Part shown: positions 1-13,102 of the stretch, in pieces | How positions within the stretch are numbered: the first letter of the stretch is position 1 | Layout of the letters: every line of letters begins with the position of its first letter | Source of the DNA: Antedon mediterranea | Taxonomy: Eukaryota > Animalia > Echinodermata | Assembly: GCF_964355755.1 (NCBI RefSeq) | Contig: NC_092671.1 | Location: forward strand, 27,354,070 to 27,418,069 | Reading direction: 5' to 3' | Length of the DNA stretch: 64,000 bases | Made by a program: the position numbers and the translations under genes | The notes under the pieces: generated by a model | The model's input: only the letters and a program-made list of their open reading frames with translations | What the model was told of the DNA's origin: nothing | The model's database searches: none

Positions 1-87
1 AGCCTATGTGTCACTAGCTCGGCATTGCACCAGTGAAAGCAAGTTGGCATATCCATCCGTCCAAAGTCTATCTAAAAATGTTGCTGG
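1..87 (+). CDS. USP37: USP37-like deubiquitinase, internal exon (5' truncated by window)
   Basis: Frame from base 2 reads AYVSLARHCTSESKLAYP..., resembling USP37 YLTLSSHCTE; GTAAGT donor at 88, phase 2. Confidence 0.7.
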
Positions 88-546
88 GTAAGTATAACCT
101 CCCAACTTGGAAAAATTAAATATCAGAGATATGTCCAAACTATAGAGGGTTCTATATATTTGGGAAATAACCCAACCATAGAGGGTGCTATTATTTTACA
201 TAAATTGATTATAAACATCTTGCAGACCAATTAGTATGATTTCTGTTATCTTTTCTTTATCAAGAGTAGTAGAATTTATAAATGTATACAGATATTGGGG
301 TATTTTGTTTTGGGAGAGCTACCGTTATCAGGAGACCTTGTACTATGACATTTCACTTCATTTTGTTTTAATTTGCCGTTCATACACCGATCGATACCTT
401 CCACACAATATCTCAAACATGTTCTACAAGGTCATCACTTTAATCCACAGAAAAAACAGAATAGTATCACTTTGCAGATTTATTTATTTATTTATATTAT
501 TAACTGAAGCAACATTGCATTTCATAAACGTGTGAAAATGAACAAT

Positions 547-1182
547 CCCATAACAAAAAGTCTTAGTAGATATAGCTCTATATCTATTAGCCTTATAAGT
601 TATCGCCTTAATAGATATAGCTCTATTACCTATTAAGGTACCTACTAATAAGTAGATTTTAGGCAGATTTTAGATAGGTCCTAATAGGTTTTACCTCATT
701 AGCATATTTCAAAATCCCCACTAATAGTATTAGATAGATTTTTCACTTTTTTTAATCTGCGAGTAACACAGTTGTATATATCTATCTATTGTCTACTTAC
801 AATAGCTATACCAAGGGCTACCAGCAACCTATTAATAGACATAAACAAACTGATAATAGCCAGTAACTGTTAATAAACTATCTATTTTATACAATAGATA
901 GATATGGACTACCAGATAGCTATTAGAAATCTATGATTATCATATCTATCAACTGTCTACTTATAATAGCTATACTAAGGCTACCAATAGACTGTTAACA
1001 AATAATTAATAGCCAGTAACTATTAATCAACTATCTATTTTATATAGCTGGGAAGTAGTCATTCCATCGTTCACTCATTGAGTTAAAATCCTTAGTAGGC
1101 GAGATAAAAAGGTCTACTTAAAAACTATTAGGGCTACTAAAAATAGAGCTATTTCTACTTACGACTACTTTTTTGCTATGGG
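547..1182. mobile_element. Non-autonomous TIR element (CCC-terminal, EnSpm/CACTA-like MITE)
   Basis: CCCATAACAAAAAGTC..AGTAGATATAGCTCTA vs TAGAGCTATTTCTACT..TTTTTGCTATGGG inverted; 2-bp AT on both flanks. Confidence 0.65.
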
Positions 1183-1344
1183 ATGGTAATTGGCCTTATA
1201 ATACATAAAGGCATCATGTCTCCAGTACTAAAGCCACTTAAAATGGCAAACTTGTTTTTTATTTATAACAAGTCTTCTTAAGTTTCTTTTTGTTCAATAT
1301 CTATATTTCTACTTAATATAATTTTGATTTTATTTTTTCATTAG

Positions 1345-1428
1345 TAGGAAACCAGAAATGATGAGTCCAGGGCCTGCAGAATGTTCAGATAACCTACCTC
1401 GAAAAAGATTAAGTTATGAAACCAATGG
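1345..1428 (+). CDS. USP37: USP37-like exon
   Basis: Polypyrimidine tract + TAGTAG acceptor; open RKPEMMSPGPAECSDNLPRKRLSYETNG; GTAAAG donor; phase 2-2 fits neighbours. Confidence 0.65.
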
Positions 1429-2012
1429 GTAAAGTTTTCATGATAGTAGTTCTTAGGGTATAAATACATAAATATGATACCGGTCAAAGGAATGGAAATG
1501 TGTTTGTCATACCTTTCTAGCCTTATATTTATTTTACATATTATTGTTTATACTTTAATTGCATCTTATATCTTCTTCCTGTCTGCTTTGTTATATGTAG
1601 TTTATGTAAAATTGCTAGGGAATGTCTAAAAAATCATAATTATTGTAGTAGCAATTGAATTCCAAAAATTCTTTACATTCATTTCAAAGAAGCTGTCCTC
1701 TTTAGTTTGTGAATATAATCTTGAACAGAAGCCCTTCTCGAAAAGAAGCTTATATAGAGTCCTAAAAAAGATTTCCATGGACTTCTTTTCAAGGGTTTAC
1801 AGTATATAATTTAATCTTTATTATTCATTGCTGGTTTAATAAAGTGACAAGAAACTAACTGGATTGATCTGTGAGCCACAAACCAGTTCAGAAAGAATAG
1901 GCAAAGACAAAGAAACAGTTAAAAGTGTAAAGCTTGGTTGAGATATCAACATCTCTCTGCTAACAATGTGCTATGTATTTCCATAGTTATTTTTTTCTCT
2001 CTTTTTTCCCAG

Positions 2013-2136
2013 CAGTTTGGACACTAATTCAGGATATAAATTCAAGCGGCAAAGGTTAACCGATAGTTATTCTGATATGGAAGTTATAGATTTAACGAGC
2101 GATAAGGAAAGGAAGGAGAGCAATACCAACGCAAAT
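2013..2136 (+). CDS. USP37: USP37-like exon
   Basis: Strong CCCAGCAG acceptor; SLDTNSGYKFKRQRLTDSYSDMEVIDLTSDKERKESNTNAN; GTAAGC donor; phase 2-0. Confidence 0.7.
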
Positions 2137-2312
2137 GTAAGCAAATGTTTTAGGAGAGATTTCTGCATGAAAGACAAATTTATTATATTAGTAGGAATTT
2201 TCAATTTCCATGTTTAGCTGCAAAAAGACAATTTTTTTTGTTTTGGTATATTAAAAATATTGTATAGCAGATCAAGCAAACATTGCAGTAGCTAGTTTTA
2301 AAACGCTGTTTA

Positions 2313-4483
2313 TCTATTAATACCAGACACCATCTGATTTGATACTTACCAGACTCCACATTCCACATACAATATGCTGACTCAGAGATCAGTATTTCCA
2401 TGTTGCTGGCCTACATCTATTAGTACCAGACACCATCTGATTTGATACTTACCAGACTCCACATTCCACATACAATATGCTGACTCAGGGATCAGTATTT
2501 CCATGTTGCTGGCCTACATCTATTAGTACCAGACACCATCTGATTTGATACTTACCAGACTCCACATTCCACATACAATATGCTGACTCAGAGATCAGTA
2601 TTTCCATGTTGCTGGCCTACATCTATTAGTACCAGACACCATCTGATTTGATACTTACCAGACTCCACATTCCACATACAATATGCTGACTCAGAGATCA
2701 GTATTTCCATGTTGCTGGCCTACCTCTATTAGTACCAGACACCATCTGATTTGATACTTACCAAACTCCACATTCCACATACAATATGCTGACTCAGGGA
2801 TCAGTCTTTCCATGTTGCTGGCCTACATCTATTAGTACCAGACACCATCTCATTTGATACTTACCAGACTCCACATTCCACATACAATATGCTGACTCAG
2901 GGATCAGTATTTCCATGTTGCTGGCCTACATCTATTAGTACCAGACACCATCTGATTTGATACTTACCAGACTCCACATTCCACATACAATATGCTGACT
3001 CAGAGATCAGTATTTCCATGTTGCTGGCCTACCTCTATTAGTACCAGACACCATCTGATTTGATACTTACCAAACTCCACATTCCACATACAATATGCTG
3101 ACTCAGGGATCAGTCTTTCCATGTTGCTGGCCTACATCTATTAGTACCAGACACCATCTCATTTGATACTTACCAGACTCCACATTCCACATACAATATG
3201 CTGACTCAGGGATCAGTATTTCCATGTTGCTGGCCTACATTTATTAGTACCAGACACCATCTGATTTGATACTTACCAGACTCCACATTCCACATACAAT
3301 ATGCTGACTCAGAGATCAGTATTTCCATGTTGCTGGCCTACCTCTATTAGTACCAGACACCATCTGATTTGATACTTACCAAACTCCACATTCCACATAC
3401 AATATGCTGACTCAGGGATCAGTATTTCCATGTTGCTGGCCTACATCTATTAGTACCAGACACCATCTGATTTGATACTTACCAGACTCCACATTCCACA
3501 TACAATATGCTGACTCAGAGATCAGTATTTCCATGTTGCTGGCCTACATCTATTAGTACCAGACACCATCTGATTTGATACTTACCAAACTCCACATTCC
3601 ACATACAATATGCTGACTCAGGGATCAGTCTTTCCATGTTGCTGGCCTACATCTATTAGTACCAGACACCATCTGATTTGATACTTACCAGACTCCACAT
3701 TCCACATACAATATGCTGACTCAGGGATCAGTATTTCCATGTTGCTGGCCTACATCTATTAGTACCAGACACCATCTGATTTGATACTTACCAGACTCCA
3801 CATTCCACATACAATATGCTGACTCAGAGATCAGTATTTCCATGTTGCTGGCCTACCTCTATTAGTACCAGACACCATCTGATTTGATACTTACCAAACT
3901 CCACATTCCACATACAATATGCTGACTCAGGGATCAGTCTTTCCATGTTGCTGGCCTACATCTATTAGTACCAGACACCATCTCATTTGATACTTATCAG
4001 ACTCCACATTCCACATACAATATGCTGACTCAGGGATCAGTCTTTCCATGTTGCTGGCCTACATCTATTAGTACCAGACACCATCTCATTTGATACTTAT
4101 CAGACTCCACATTCCACATACAATATGCTGACTCAGGGATCAGTCTTTCCATGTTGCTGGCCTACATCTATTAGTACCAGACACCATCTGATTTGATACT
4201 TACCAGACTCCACATTCCACATACAATATGCTGACTCAGGGATCAGTCTTTCCATGTTGCTGGCCTACATCTATTAGTACCAGACACCATCTGATTTGAT
4301 ACTTACCAGACTCCACATTCCACATACAATATGCTGACTCAGGGATCAGTCTTTCCATGTTGCTGGCCTACCTCTATTAGTACCAGACACCATCTCATTT
4401 GATACTTACCAAACTCCACATTCCACATACAATATGCTGACTCAGGGATCAGTCTTTCCATGTTGCTGGCCTACATCTATTAG
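2313..4483 (+). repeat. Intronic tandem array, 103-bp unit, 21 copies
   Basis: Unit TCTATTAGTACCAGACACC...GCTGGCCTACA recurs at 2313, 2416, 2519, 2622 ... 4476 with few substitutions. Confidence 0.97.
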
Positions 4484-4519
4484 ATGATGATGAAGTGATG
4501 CCACCATTATGGAAATAAA

Positions 4520-7003
4520 TGTTCATTTTATTGAATCTTTCTTTATTCTGAAATACACTTTCAATACAATGTACTGGTTTCCAAAGTGGTTCAGTTCTTA
4601 ACTACATAAATGTAAACAAAATACAGTATATAAATGGACAAAAGATAATATAAAATTAAACCTAAAATTGTCAAAATCAAACAACAATTAAAGTAAGCAC
4701 ATTTAAAGGTAAAAACAGAAATAATTGAGATTTTTAAACAAGATAAAAGAAGTTTTAATCATTGAGCATTAATTAGATTTAGTTTTGAATTAAAATTAAA
4801 GTTTTGAAATTAGTGATTTGAAAGTTGATACTGTCATATCATAAAGATCATTTTTTATTTTGTTAGGTAGAAAGTTCCATAATTTTGTAGATCTGTAAAT
4901 AAAAGTTCTTTTACCTTGAGTATTATTCCATTTAGGTATTATCAAAGTGTTGTTACTTTGACTTCGTGTACCTTTATTGTGACTCTCTTCAGTAAATATA
5001 AATTGAGTTGATAAATAGGGGGATGCATGTCCATTTAGGCACTTAAAAAATATTAGTAGAATATGTTAATTCCATTTGTCCTTTAGTGTACTCCAACCAA
5101 GTGAGTTTAGGATATCACTAACATGAGTTTTGATATCTACTGATAATAATATTCTACCTAATCTATTTAATAAAATTTGAAAAGAATCTGAAAAGTCTAC
5201 TTTACAATTTGACCAGACACAACTACAATAATCAAATAAAGGAATAACTAGTGCATTGGCTAACATTTTCAGAGTGTTTGATAGAATAAAATATTTAATG
5301 CGTTTGGCAACTTTTGAATATTTAAATATTTAAAAGAATTTACTCTCTCAATAATATGGTTATTAAAAGAAACAGAGATATGTTTAAACTTACTATACAT
5401 GTGAGTAGTACTAAAAACCATAAGCTTTGTCTTTTTAATATTTAATGTTAGTTGGTTATCATTAAACCATTGAGTAACTTGATTAAAATTTACATCTATT
5501 TCATTTTGAAGCCTAAGTGGGTCAGATGAACTACATAAAAGTGTCGTATCATCAGCATACATGACACATTTACATGATATAGAATTAAGAAGTGAGTTAA
5601 CATATACAGTAAAACAAAAAGCAATGGTCCTAATATTGAACCTTGAGGAACTCCGATATTTACATTAAGTGATTCAGATTTAGATGAATTAATACTAACA
5701 ATTTGAGATCTTTGACTAAGATATGATTTAAACCATTTAAGCTCGGTATTATCATAGAGATATTATAGTGAACATAATATCTCTATGGTATTATTTATTC
5801 CAAAACCCCTTAATTTATTAAGCAAGATTTGATGATTTACCGTATCAAAGGCCTTTTTTAGGTCCAGGAATATTGCAGCTGTTGAAATACCTTCATCAAA
5901 ATTATTTAAAATATAGTATGTAACATCTAAGAGAGTGGTTTGGGTAAAATGATTTTTTCTGAAACCTGATTGAGAAGGATATAGAAGGTCATGAGATCTT
6001 AAATAAATGAACAGCACGTTCTATTATTTTTTAGACCAAAGGTAAAATAGAAATTGGATGATAATTACTTGGATCTGATTTACAAATGTAGCAAAGTGAA
6101 TCACATATTATTGGTGCTGCTAATTTTAAAAGTTTATAATTTATATTATCAATTCCGGTGGCTTTATTACTGGAAAATTTGCATATTTTATCAAAAAAAT
6201 AGTCAGATTTATCTACAAGAGTGTAATCTGTTGTCTTATTTACATTAGTATTTAAAAATTTACTTGCTTAAGAATTTCCTATTGACGTAAAATGAATATT
6301 TAATTCATTTGCTGTGTCCTTATCTGTAGTTGTATAATTTTCATTTTTATAAACTCTATTTACAGTTGATTTTGGTTTTGTAATTAGTTTATTTATGGTG
6401 TTCCATAGTTTTTTGGGGTTTTTAGTATTTTCTTTGATGGTGTTTATAGTACAATATTTCTTTTTTAGGTTCCTGTTGAAATTTTTCACTTTGTTTCTTA
6501 TTTGTTTAGCTGTGTCCCAATCTTTAGGATCATTAGTTTTATGAGCCTTTTTATAATAATAATCCCTATCTTTAGTTAATGTTATGTAATCTTTTGTTAC
6601 CCATTCAGGAAGTGAGCCTTTGTGGTTTTCCTTATTAAATAGGTTAAAGTCTGATCACTTATACCAAGACTTGATACTCGTGCTGTTGAAATATCCAAAT
6701 TTGCAACAAATTTTAAATCAATTATAGTTTTACTTGTATTAGTTACCCTAGTAAAATCATGTATTAGTTGGTTTAGATTACTATTTTTGGCCAATTTATT
6801 AATTTTACCTGCATTTTTTTTGTTACTTATATCTAAATTAAAATCACCTAAGTTCACAATATCGTTGTATGTAGAGGTGCATTGTTGAAACATAGTGTCA
6901 TGTTCATTTAAATATTCAGCCTTTGCAGTTGGTGGTCTATAGATATTTCCTAAAAGTAATGGTTTAGAATAGAGAGCTTCAATAGTTTGAATTTTTGAAT
7001 TGA
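4520..7003 (-). mobile_element. Degenerate CR1/L2-group LINE (endonuclease to RT, frameshifted)
   Basis: Fragments GNIYRPP/GDFN (APE endonuclease), QSGFRKNH, FLDLKKAFDTVNH, YADD, PLFDYCSCVW on the minus strand. Confidence 0.9.
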
Positions 7004-7114
7004 ATACCAGACTCCACATTCCACATACAATTTGCTGCCTCTGGTATCAGTATTTCCATGTTGCTGGCCCCCATATTTGGAACACGTTTCCACAGCATAT
7101 TCCATTCTCATTAA

Positions 7115-7296
7115 GGCCAATTTACACAGACGAGTAACGGTAAACAGAAAACCGAATAGCTTAGTCGTACATAAAATCTAGTGTATCTATCCTGTGCGTT
7201 TTTCCGCTCAACAGCCTGTCCGCTCCATGTTTTGTGTAAATGGTATATTTTTAATTGTTTACCACTTACTGTTACCACTCGTCTGTGTAAATTCAC
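7115..7296. mobile_element. Short TIR MITE (Harbinger-like)
   Basis: AATTTACACAGACGAGT...GGTAAAC vs GTTTACC...ACTCGTCTGTGTAAATT inverted. Confidence 0.55.
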
Positions 7297-7812
7297 AAAT
7301 CACTCTTTTTCCTGTTGCATAACTGTTCCATCCTCCTTTTTTTTTGTGTATATTAATATTGGTTATGCAAGTTTATAAAATTTAGTTAGTGTTAGTTATT
7401 TATATTACATAGCCTATGTAAATATGTGAACGTGATTGGTTGAAACTGCATCACAAGACTACTGCTGCGAGGATCGTAAATCATATATTTCCTCGAGTAC
7501 TGATTATCGCCGCTTCAGGAAATATATATTCCCTCGAGCAAAATATTCCCTCGAGCAAAATATTCCCTTGGGGATGTCAAATCTTATATTTTACCTCTAA
7601 GCAGGCAATATCTGTATAGTAATGCACCTTGAAATTACACGGGGCAATATAAATAGTATGAGTATTTATGTAAGAAATTAAGAAAAATCTACTAGCAGTT
7701 TACTAGTGTAAATTTCCAGCCCTAACTCAGTTGTTTTGTTGGACAAAGTTCTATTTTATTGTAAGGTACCACCATCAACTTGCGGTTCTTTTATCTTTTT
7801 CATGCTATACAG

Positions 7813-8338
7813 GATGCAGACTCAAATTGCGAGTCCAAGTCCGTTGAACAAATGAGTGAAGAACAACAATTAGCATTTGCTATGGAGATGAGTCGGAAAG
7901 AAAGTTCTCGAAAAAATAAACAGCGTAGTCGAATGACCGAGGAAGACGAATTAGCCATTGCACTTGAAATGAGCATGCACGAAACCACATTCACGCCTAT
8001 TTCAAGTTCTCAAAGGACCCCTAAGTCATTGACAGCAGAACCAAGTAGAAAACATTTACGCTTTGATGGAAATTCCGTTAATCAAAACAGGGACAGTGGT
8101 ATAGGACTTTCTAACTTAGAGCAGGAAGTTAATGCAAAAGGAGAGAAAACATTACCAAATCATGTTCCTTCAAATGATAGTGGAATATCAATGGAAGGGG
8201 CTGAGCCTTTAGACAGACAAAAAAGTCCAGATTTAAATTACAGAGATTTTGCTGATGCCATTACAAATGAAGACAGATCTCCTCCAAAGCCTAGTAAAGA
8301 ACAAACAACCTTAACAAATGGAACACACAATTATAAAA
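7813..8338 (+). CDS. USP37: USP37-like exon with two ubiquitin-interacting motifs
   Basis: TACAG acceptor, GTAAGT donor; SEEQQLAFAMEMSRKE and TEEDELAIALEMSMHE fit the UIM consensus; phase 0-1. Confidence 0.85.
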
Positions 8339-8770
8339 GTAAGTATATATATTTTTTTATCATCATTTTTGTCAAGTTTAAAGTTCAATTTATTTATCTT
8401 TCAATCAACAAAAACAATGGAATATTTAAATGCAAGAAGGAACAAATAGCAAAATTCCTCATATATTGCTCAAAACATGAAAAATATAGATAAACGAAAA
8501 CTTTTTTTAAATATTTGTTATTAAAGATATTCAGTTTTCCAAAAATAGACCAGAAAAAACAAACATTCAAGTTTTTGGTCATCATTTAGTTGGTCTCTAA
8601 GTGATGGTTAGTGGCGTAAAGGACAGTTGGTCTAATTGTGTGTTAACTTTGATGACAATAATTCCACTGCTTTCTTTGGTGAAAAGAATCCATTACATTT
8701 GTCATTCTCATTAATATTCATAGAAATTCATTTTTTATTTTAAATGTAATATTTTATTATGTTCTACCAG

Positions 8771-8839
8771 ATGATGCACCACAGAATAAAGAAGATGAAG
8801 ACAAAGCCTTGCAGCAAGCTTTAGAACTAAGCCTTCAAG
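8771..8839 (+). CDS. USP37: USP37-like exon with third UIM
   Basis: CCAG acceptor; EDEDKALQQALELSLQ; GT donor; phase 1-1. Confidence 0.8.
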
Positions 8840-9852
8840 GTAGTTTTAAAACGACAATAGTAACGAGAGCAATTAGATTACATACCCCCGACAAGGACTG
8901 ATATATCCAAAATTAAAAATGCTTAAAACACCAGTGCAGGCCAAACAGTTGTCTAAACCTAAAAAAATTGATGGGTCGCGAAATTGTTTCCGATACTGAA
9001 ACTTTTTAGCAATTATACACTGATTTATATGTGAAATGTTTTCAGTTTTGTAGAATCTACAACACTGATTACATTTGACATCTACAGTTTTTCCTTATGT
9101 TGACGTGTTACAAGTCCGTAGCGTACAAACAATTGGGAATCGACAACGGGGCAATGAACGCTTTTGCCGCATAGTTTGTTCTACAGTTTCTTCTAGTTCT
9201 ACAACGCTATTTTTCTGTAGTTTGCAAAAGAGTTTCAAAACTGCAAACTTTGATGTAGGCCTACCGGCGGTGGGAACTTTTACAATGAACATTAGAATAA
9301 TAGAAATAACAATATACTGGCAGAAAAAGTAGGCTACGATCGTTTTGCCAAATGCGAGCACCCCTACATTAGAATGTCATTTCCGGCCAACTAGAGGTAC
9401 CATTTATCATGATTTTTACGTGCGAGAGTACCATTTCCAGCCATCTAGGGGTGTCATTTAACAAAATTTACTTTGCCACAGGCTCCACCATGGGAGGGGG
9501 ATGTCTGTAAGATCAAATACGCAATGTTAGGTCGCGAAAATTCCCAAAACAGGATCATGGTGTCGCGGTCAAAAAAGGTTGTGAAATGCTGGTCTAATGT
9601 GATGTATTATGTTTATTAATAATTATGTAGTTTTCAGTTGGTGATCATACAATTTGGCAATCATCCAACATCCTAAAAGTAGTCCGGAATTGGGATCTTG
9701 GTACGGATTGCCTCCAAAATGTAATGCAGTCTTCCATGACCACATATCTAAAGTCACTTCCAAAATCTCATCTGTTTCAATAATTCTTGTTGGTCTTTTA
9801 GCTATGAGATCAATAAACTGCGCTTTATAAATGTTTTTCTATTTATTTATAG

Positions 9853-9959
9853 AATTTGAGAAAACAAGTACAAATAATGGTTTGCATTTAGACTTGGATT
9901 GTGTGCAGACAATTCAATATACAAAGGAAGAGGAGGAAGAACTAAAAAAGAATTACGAG
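9853..9959 (+). CDS. USP37: USP37-like exon
   Basis: FEKTS...QYTKEEEEELKKNYE resembles USP37 EYTEAEAEELKRNAE; ATAG acceptor, GTAAGG donor; phase 1-0. Confidence 0.85.
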
Positions 9960-10580
9960 GTAAGGAAGAATTATTTGTAAATGTCTCTTAATTTATGCTA
10001 GGTTTCCACTAGCAACGCAACGATGCAAAGTGCCATGTTGTGTAATCATAAGTGCCAACCGACGACGTAAGGTTTGTGCTGTAGAAGCAACAGTGATTTT
10101 ATGCAACAATGTAAGGCAAACACAAGAGAAACATAGTACAGCCTGTAAGTACGCAGAGTCACCAAGGTAAAGATTTACAGTAAAATGTTTTATTTCACTC
10201 AGATGGGGGTGAACACAATTGTTGGTAGGAAATTTTCTTATGTTGCTTCGGTTGTGTCACTAGTGGTTCCACTTCTTAGACATTAAATAACTGTTATCAG
10301 GCTTGTTTCAGTTGCGGGTGGGATCTTTATTTTCTTGGCAGCGGAAATATGACGAGAATGTTCTCAAAATAATGGTTAAATGTAGTCCACTGTGTGCCTT
10401 TTATTTCTGCGCACCATTTGGCTGTCATGGGGTTGCATATTAAAATAACGTTGAATGATTTGACTGCCTGGACATTTTGGGGTGAAGATGACATTTAATT
10501 GACGACCACTAGTTATTTTAAATAATTTTGTAACCAACTAACAGTCGGAACTTCAGCAATGTTTTTATTGGTTGATATAG

Positions 10581-10789
10581 AGCGGCCACATGGCAAACAG
10601 CTACAAGCTTATAAGCATCGTGAGTCATATAGGCGCAACACAGAATGTCGGACATTACATCAGCGATGCTTATGATTTCAAAAAATCTAGTTGGTTTACC
10701 TACAACGATTCACTGGTTTCGCAAATTTCCGCCGAAAGTGTTCAAGAATTGAGAAAGAGGAACGGTTACATTTTTTTCTATATGAACGA
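10581..10789 (+). CDS. USP37: USP37-like exon, catalytic His box
   Basis: SYKLISIVSHIGATQNVGHYISDAYDFKKSSWFTYND...GYIFFYM matches the USP26/29/37 C-terminal box; GTAAGT donor at 10790. Confidence 0.9.
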
Positions 10790-11347
10790 GTAAGTGATTT
10801 TATTTTGTTTTTAGCATATTTTCATTTTATTTAGGGAAATGCATAGTGTCTTTTAAATACCAATGTTGGGGAAAAAGGTTTATTTCTTTCTATTTTTCAT
10901 TGGGTTGTAAATTATAGATTTTATTCATAACGGCTATGAGCGCTCACTGGCAAAACCCAGAGGGCCCTGGATAAAATAAGCAGGCATGCTTAAAACATCC
11001 AAGGCCTCTAGCATTGGAGGGCCACTTAGGGTTCCTATACCAGAGGCCTCGGGGCCTCTGCGTTACGCCACTGATTTTGTTTTGTATTTTATAGTTTCTA
11101 AATAAATCATAAAATTTATTTGCTTAAATATGTAGTTAACCATTTAAAAAAGTAGAACAAGAGTGAAACTTCAAAAGCATAGTTGCAATATTTTAGGACT
11201 GGCATAAAGAAAAACAAACCAACATGCACAGAAAGACACTAGATTAAACTAAATAAAGAATGGTTGTATTGAATGGAGAGAATATTTTCATGCGTTTAAA
11301 AGATGGAGGAAAATTTTCCATCACAACACAACTACTGTTTAAAAGTA

Positions 11348-12189
11348 CCGTATATTTCGGTGTATAAGTTGCACCTGTGTATAAGACGCACCCCCTAACT
11401 GAGAGTAAAATATCGGTATTTTTTATATCGTCGATGTATAAGACGCACCTTATATTTCATCAAAACAATGTTTTTTTTAAATTGTAATCAATATTATTGT
11501 AATAATATATTTTGTTATATCTACAACAGCGTCCTTTATTTAGGTTTTTTCTTACCTAGGCTCGGCCGCGCCCAGCCTCAACAAGTTGTTTCTAACTTGT
11601 TATTCATGAGTTTCGCACCCGCAACATCGAGTGCATGACCGTGTGTGTAACACGCACGTGTGTGGGCTAGCCTCGCTCGATCATTTCGAGAGGGCGCACG
11701 TTTTCACGGACAATCGTATTCGATTAGTATCTATGTATCCGAGAAGTGTGTACGCTAGGTCCATGCTATAATCACCTGGAGAATTTACTAGTCGAATACC
11801 GTACAACATGTGGCCGTCGCCAAAAAGGGCTTGCGCTGGGGGTACGGCGGTCGGCGATCGTGTGTATAACTATAAATAAATACTATTCCAATCGTAAACG
11901 TTTACAAATGAAATTTTATCGGAGCGCCTAAAACAGCTCCATAATAAACAAATCTTTTCATCATATTTAGTATAACATCACGCTAAAATGCCTTGAAAAC
12001 TAGGCAGAAGCAGGTTGCCGTTACGTTAGTACACTGTAGCTAGGCCTAGCCTACTCAGGCCTAGCCAACCAGGTGACGATATGTACACTCTGTGTGGTGA
12101 GGCATTTATGTTCGATGTATAAGACGCACCCTTAATTTAGAGGTCAAATTTGCGTGTCAAAAATGCGACTTGTACACCGAAATATACGG
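11348..12189. mobile_element. Tc1/mariner-pogo type MITE
   Basis: TIR CCGTATATTTCGGTGTATAAG / CTTGTACACCGAAATATACGG, TA flanks, internal TATAAGACGCACC repeats. Confidence 0.85.
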
Positions 12190-13102
12190 TAAACTATTCA
12201 ATTTATCTGTCGCGTCCATAAAATGTAAGCACTCAGATATTATGGCCTTTTTATATGGCGCACTCTACAGGTTTGTTTTTAGTTACACTTATTCATGCCT
12301 GTCATGTCGCCCAACTATCTATAAACAATTTTTACTAAAATCTGTACATTCATATAGTATATATTTAACTGTACACTGTACATTGTTTTGTATATTGCAA
12401 TAATATACAAATAATGAATGTTTATGAGTTGGATGGTTGAGAATGTTTCATAAATTGAAATGTTTACTGCTATTATTACTCTAGTAGCTAGATCAACTTT
12501 CGTATGCACTTTGAGGTCCAGAAAATTTGACTTCAGAAATTGGTTTAGGGTGGTCAAACAATCATTTTTGGCTTTGTTACACATTTTGAAAATGTGGCGA
12601 AAGGTCAAAGGTCAGGGTGAAAGGTTATAAGACCAAACACCAATAGGCCCTTAAATCTCGACAACCACTGGTCACAGCGATGTCATTTTGGTCTCAAATT
12701 GATAAAAAAGTATACATTTATATTCAGTCTAATGGGACATTTTAGTCAAAAATGACCGGAGATGCCATTTCTGATCTTTGACCCACAACCCTGGCATGTA
12801 TGTATCTCCGTAACTACTGGTCGTACACTTGAATTTGGTCTTAAATTGATTGAAATATACATTTTGTTATTTGTTACACATTTTGAAAAATGTTACAAAA
12901 GGTTAAAGGGTCCAGGTCAAGGGTTATATGAACAAATATAAATAGATACTTGTATCTCGGCAACCATTGGTCATAAATGCCATTTATGACCTTTGACTCA
13001 AATACCATGGCATCTTAAATTTGGTATCAAATTGTTCAATTTGGTATCAAATTGTTTGAAATACATATATTTACATTCATTCTAATAGAAAATTTGGGTT
13101 AA

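Noticed and set aside
236-535. 99-aa ORF and the many other 60-100 aa ORFs
   Set aside because: No motifs or splice support; expected by chance in AT-rich intronic or TE DNA
2313-4483. CRISPR-like array (also considered for 26780-27321, 41218-44867 and 53924-59108)
   Set aside because: Units are head-to-tail with no unique spacers, there are no cas genes, and the context is eukaryotic
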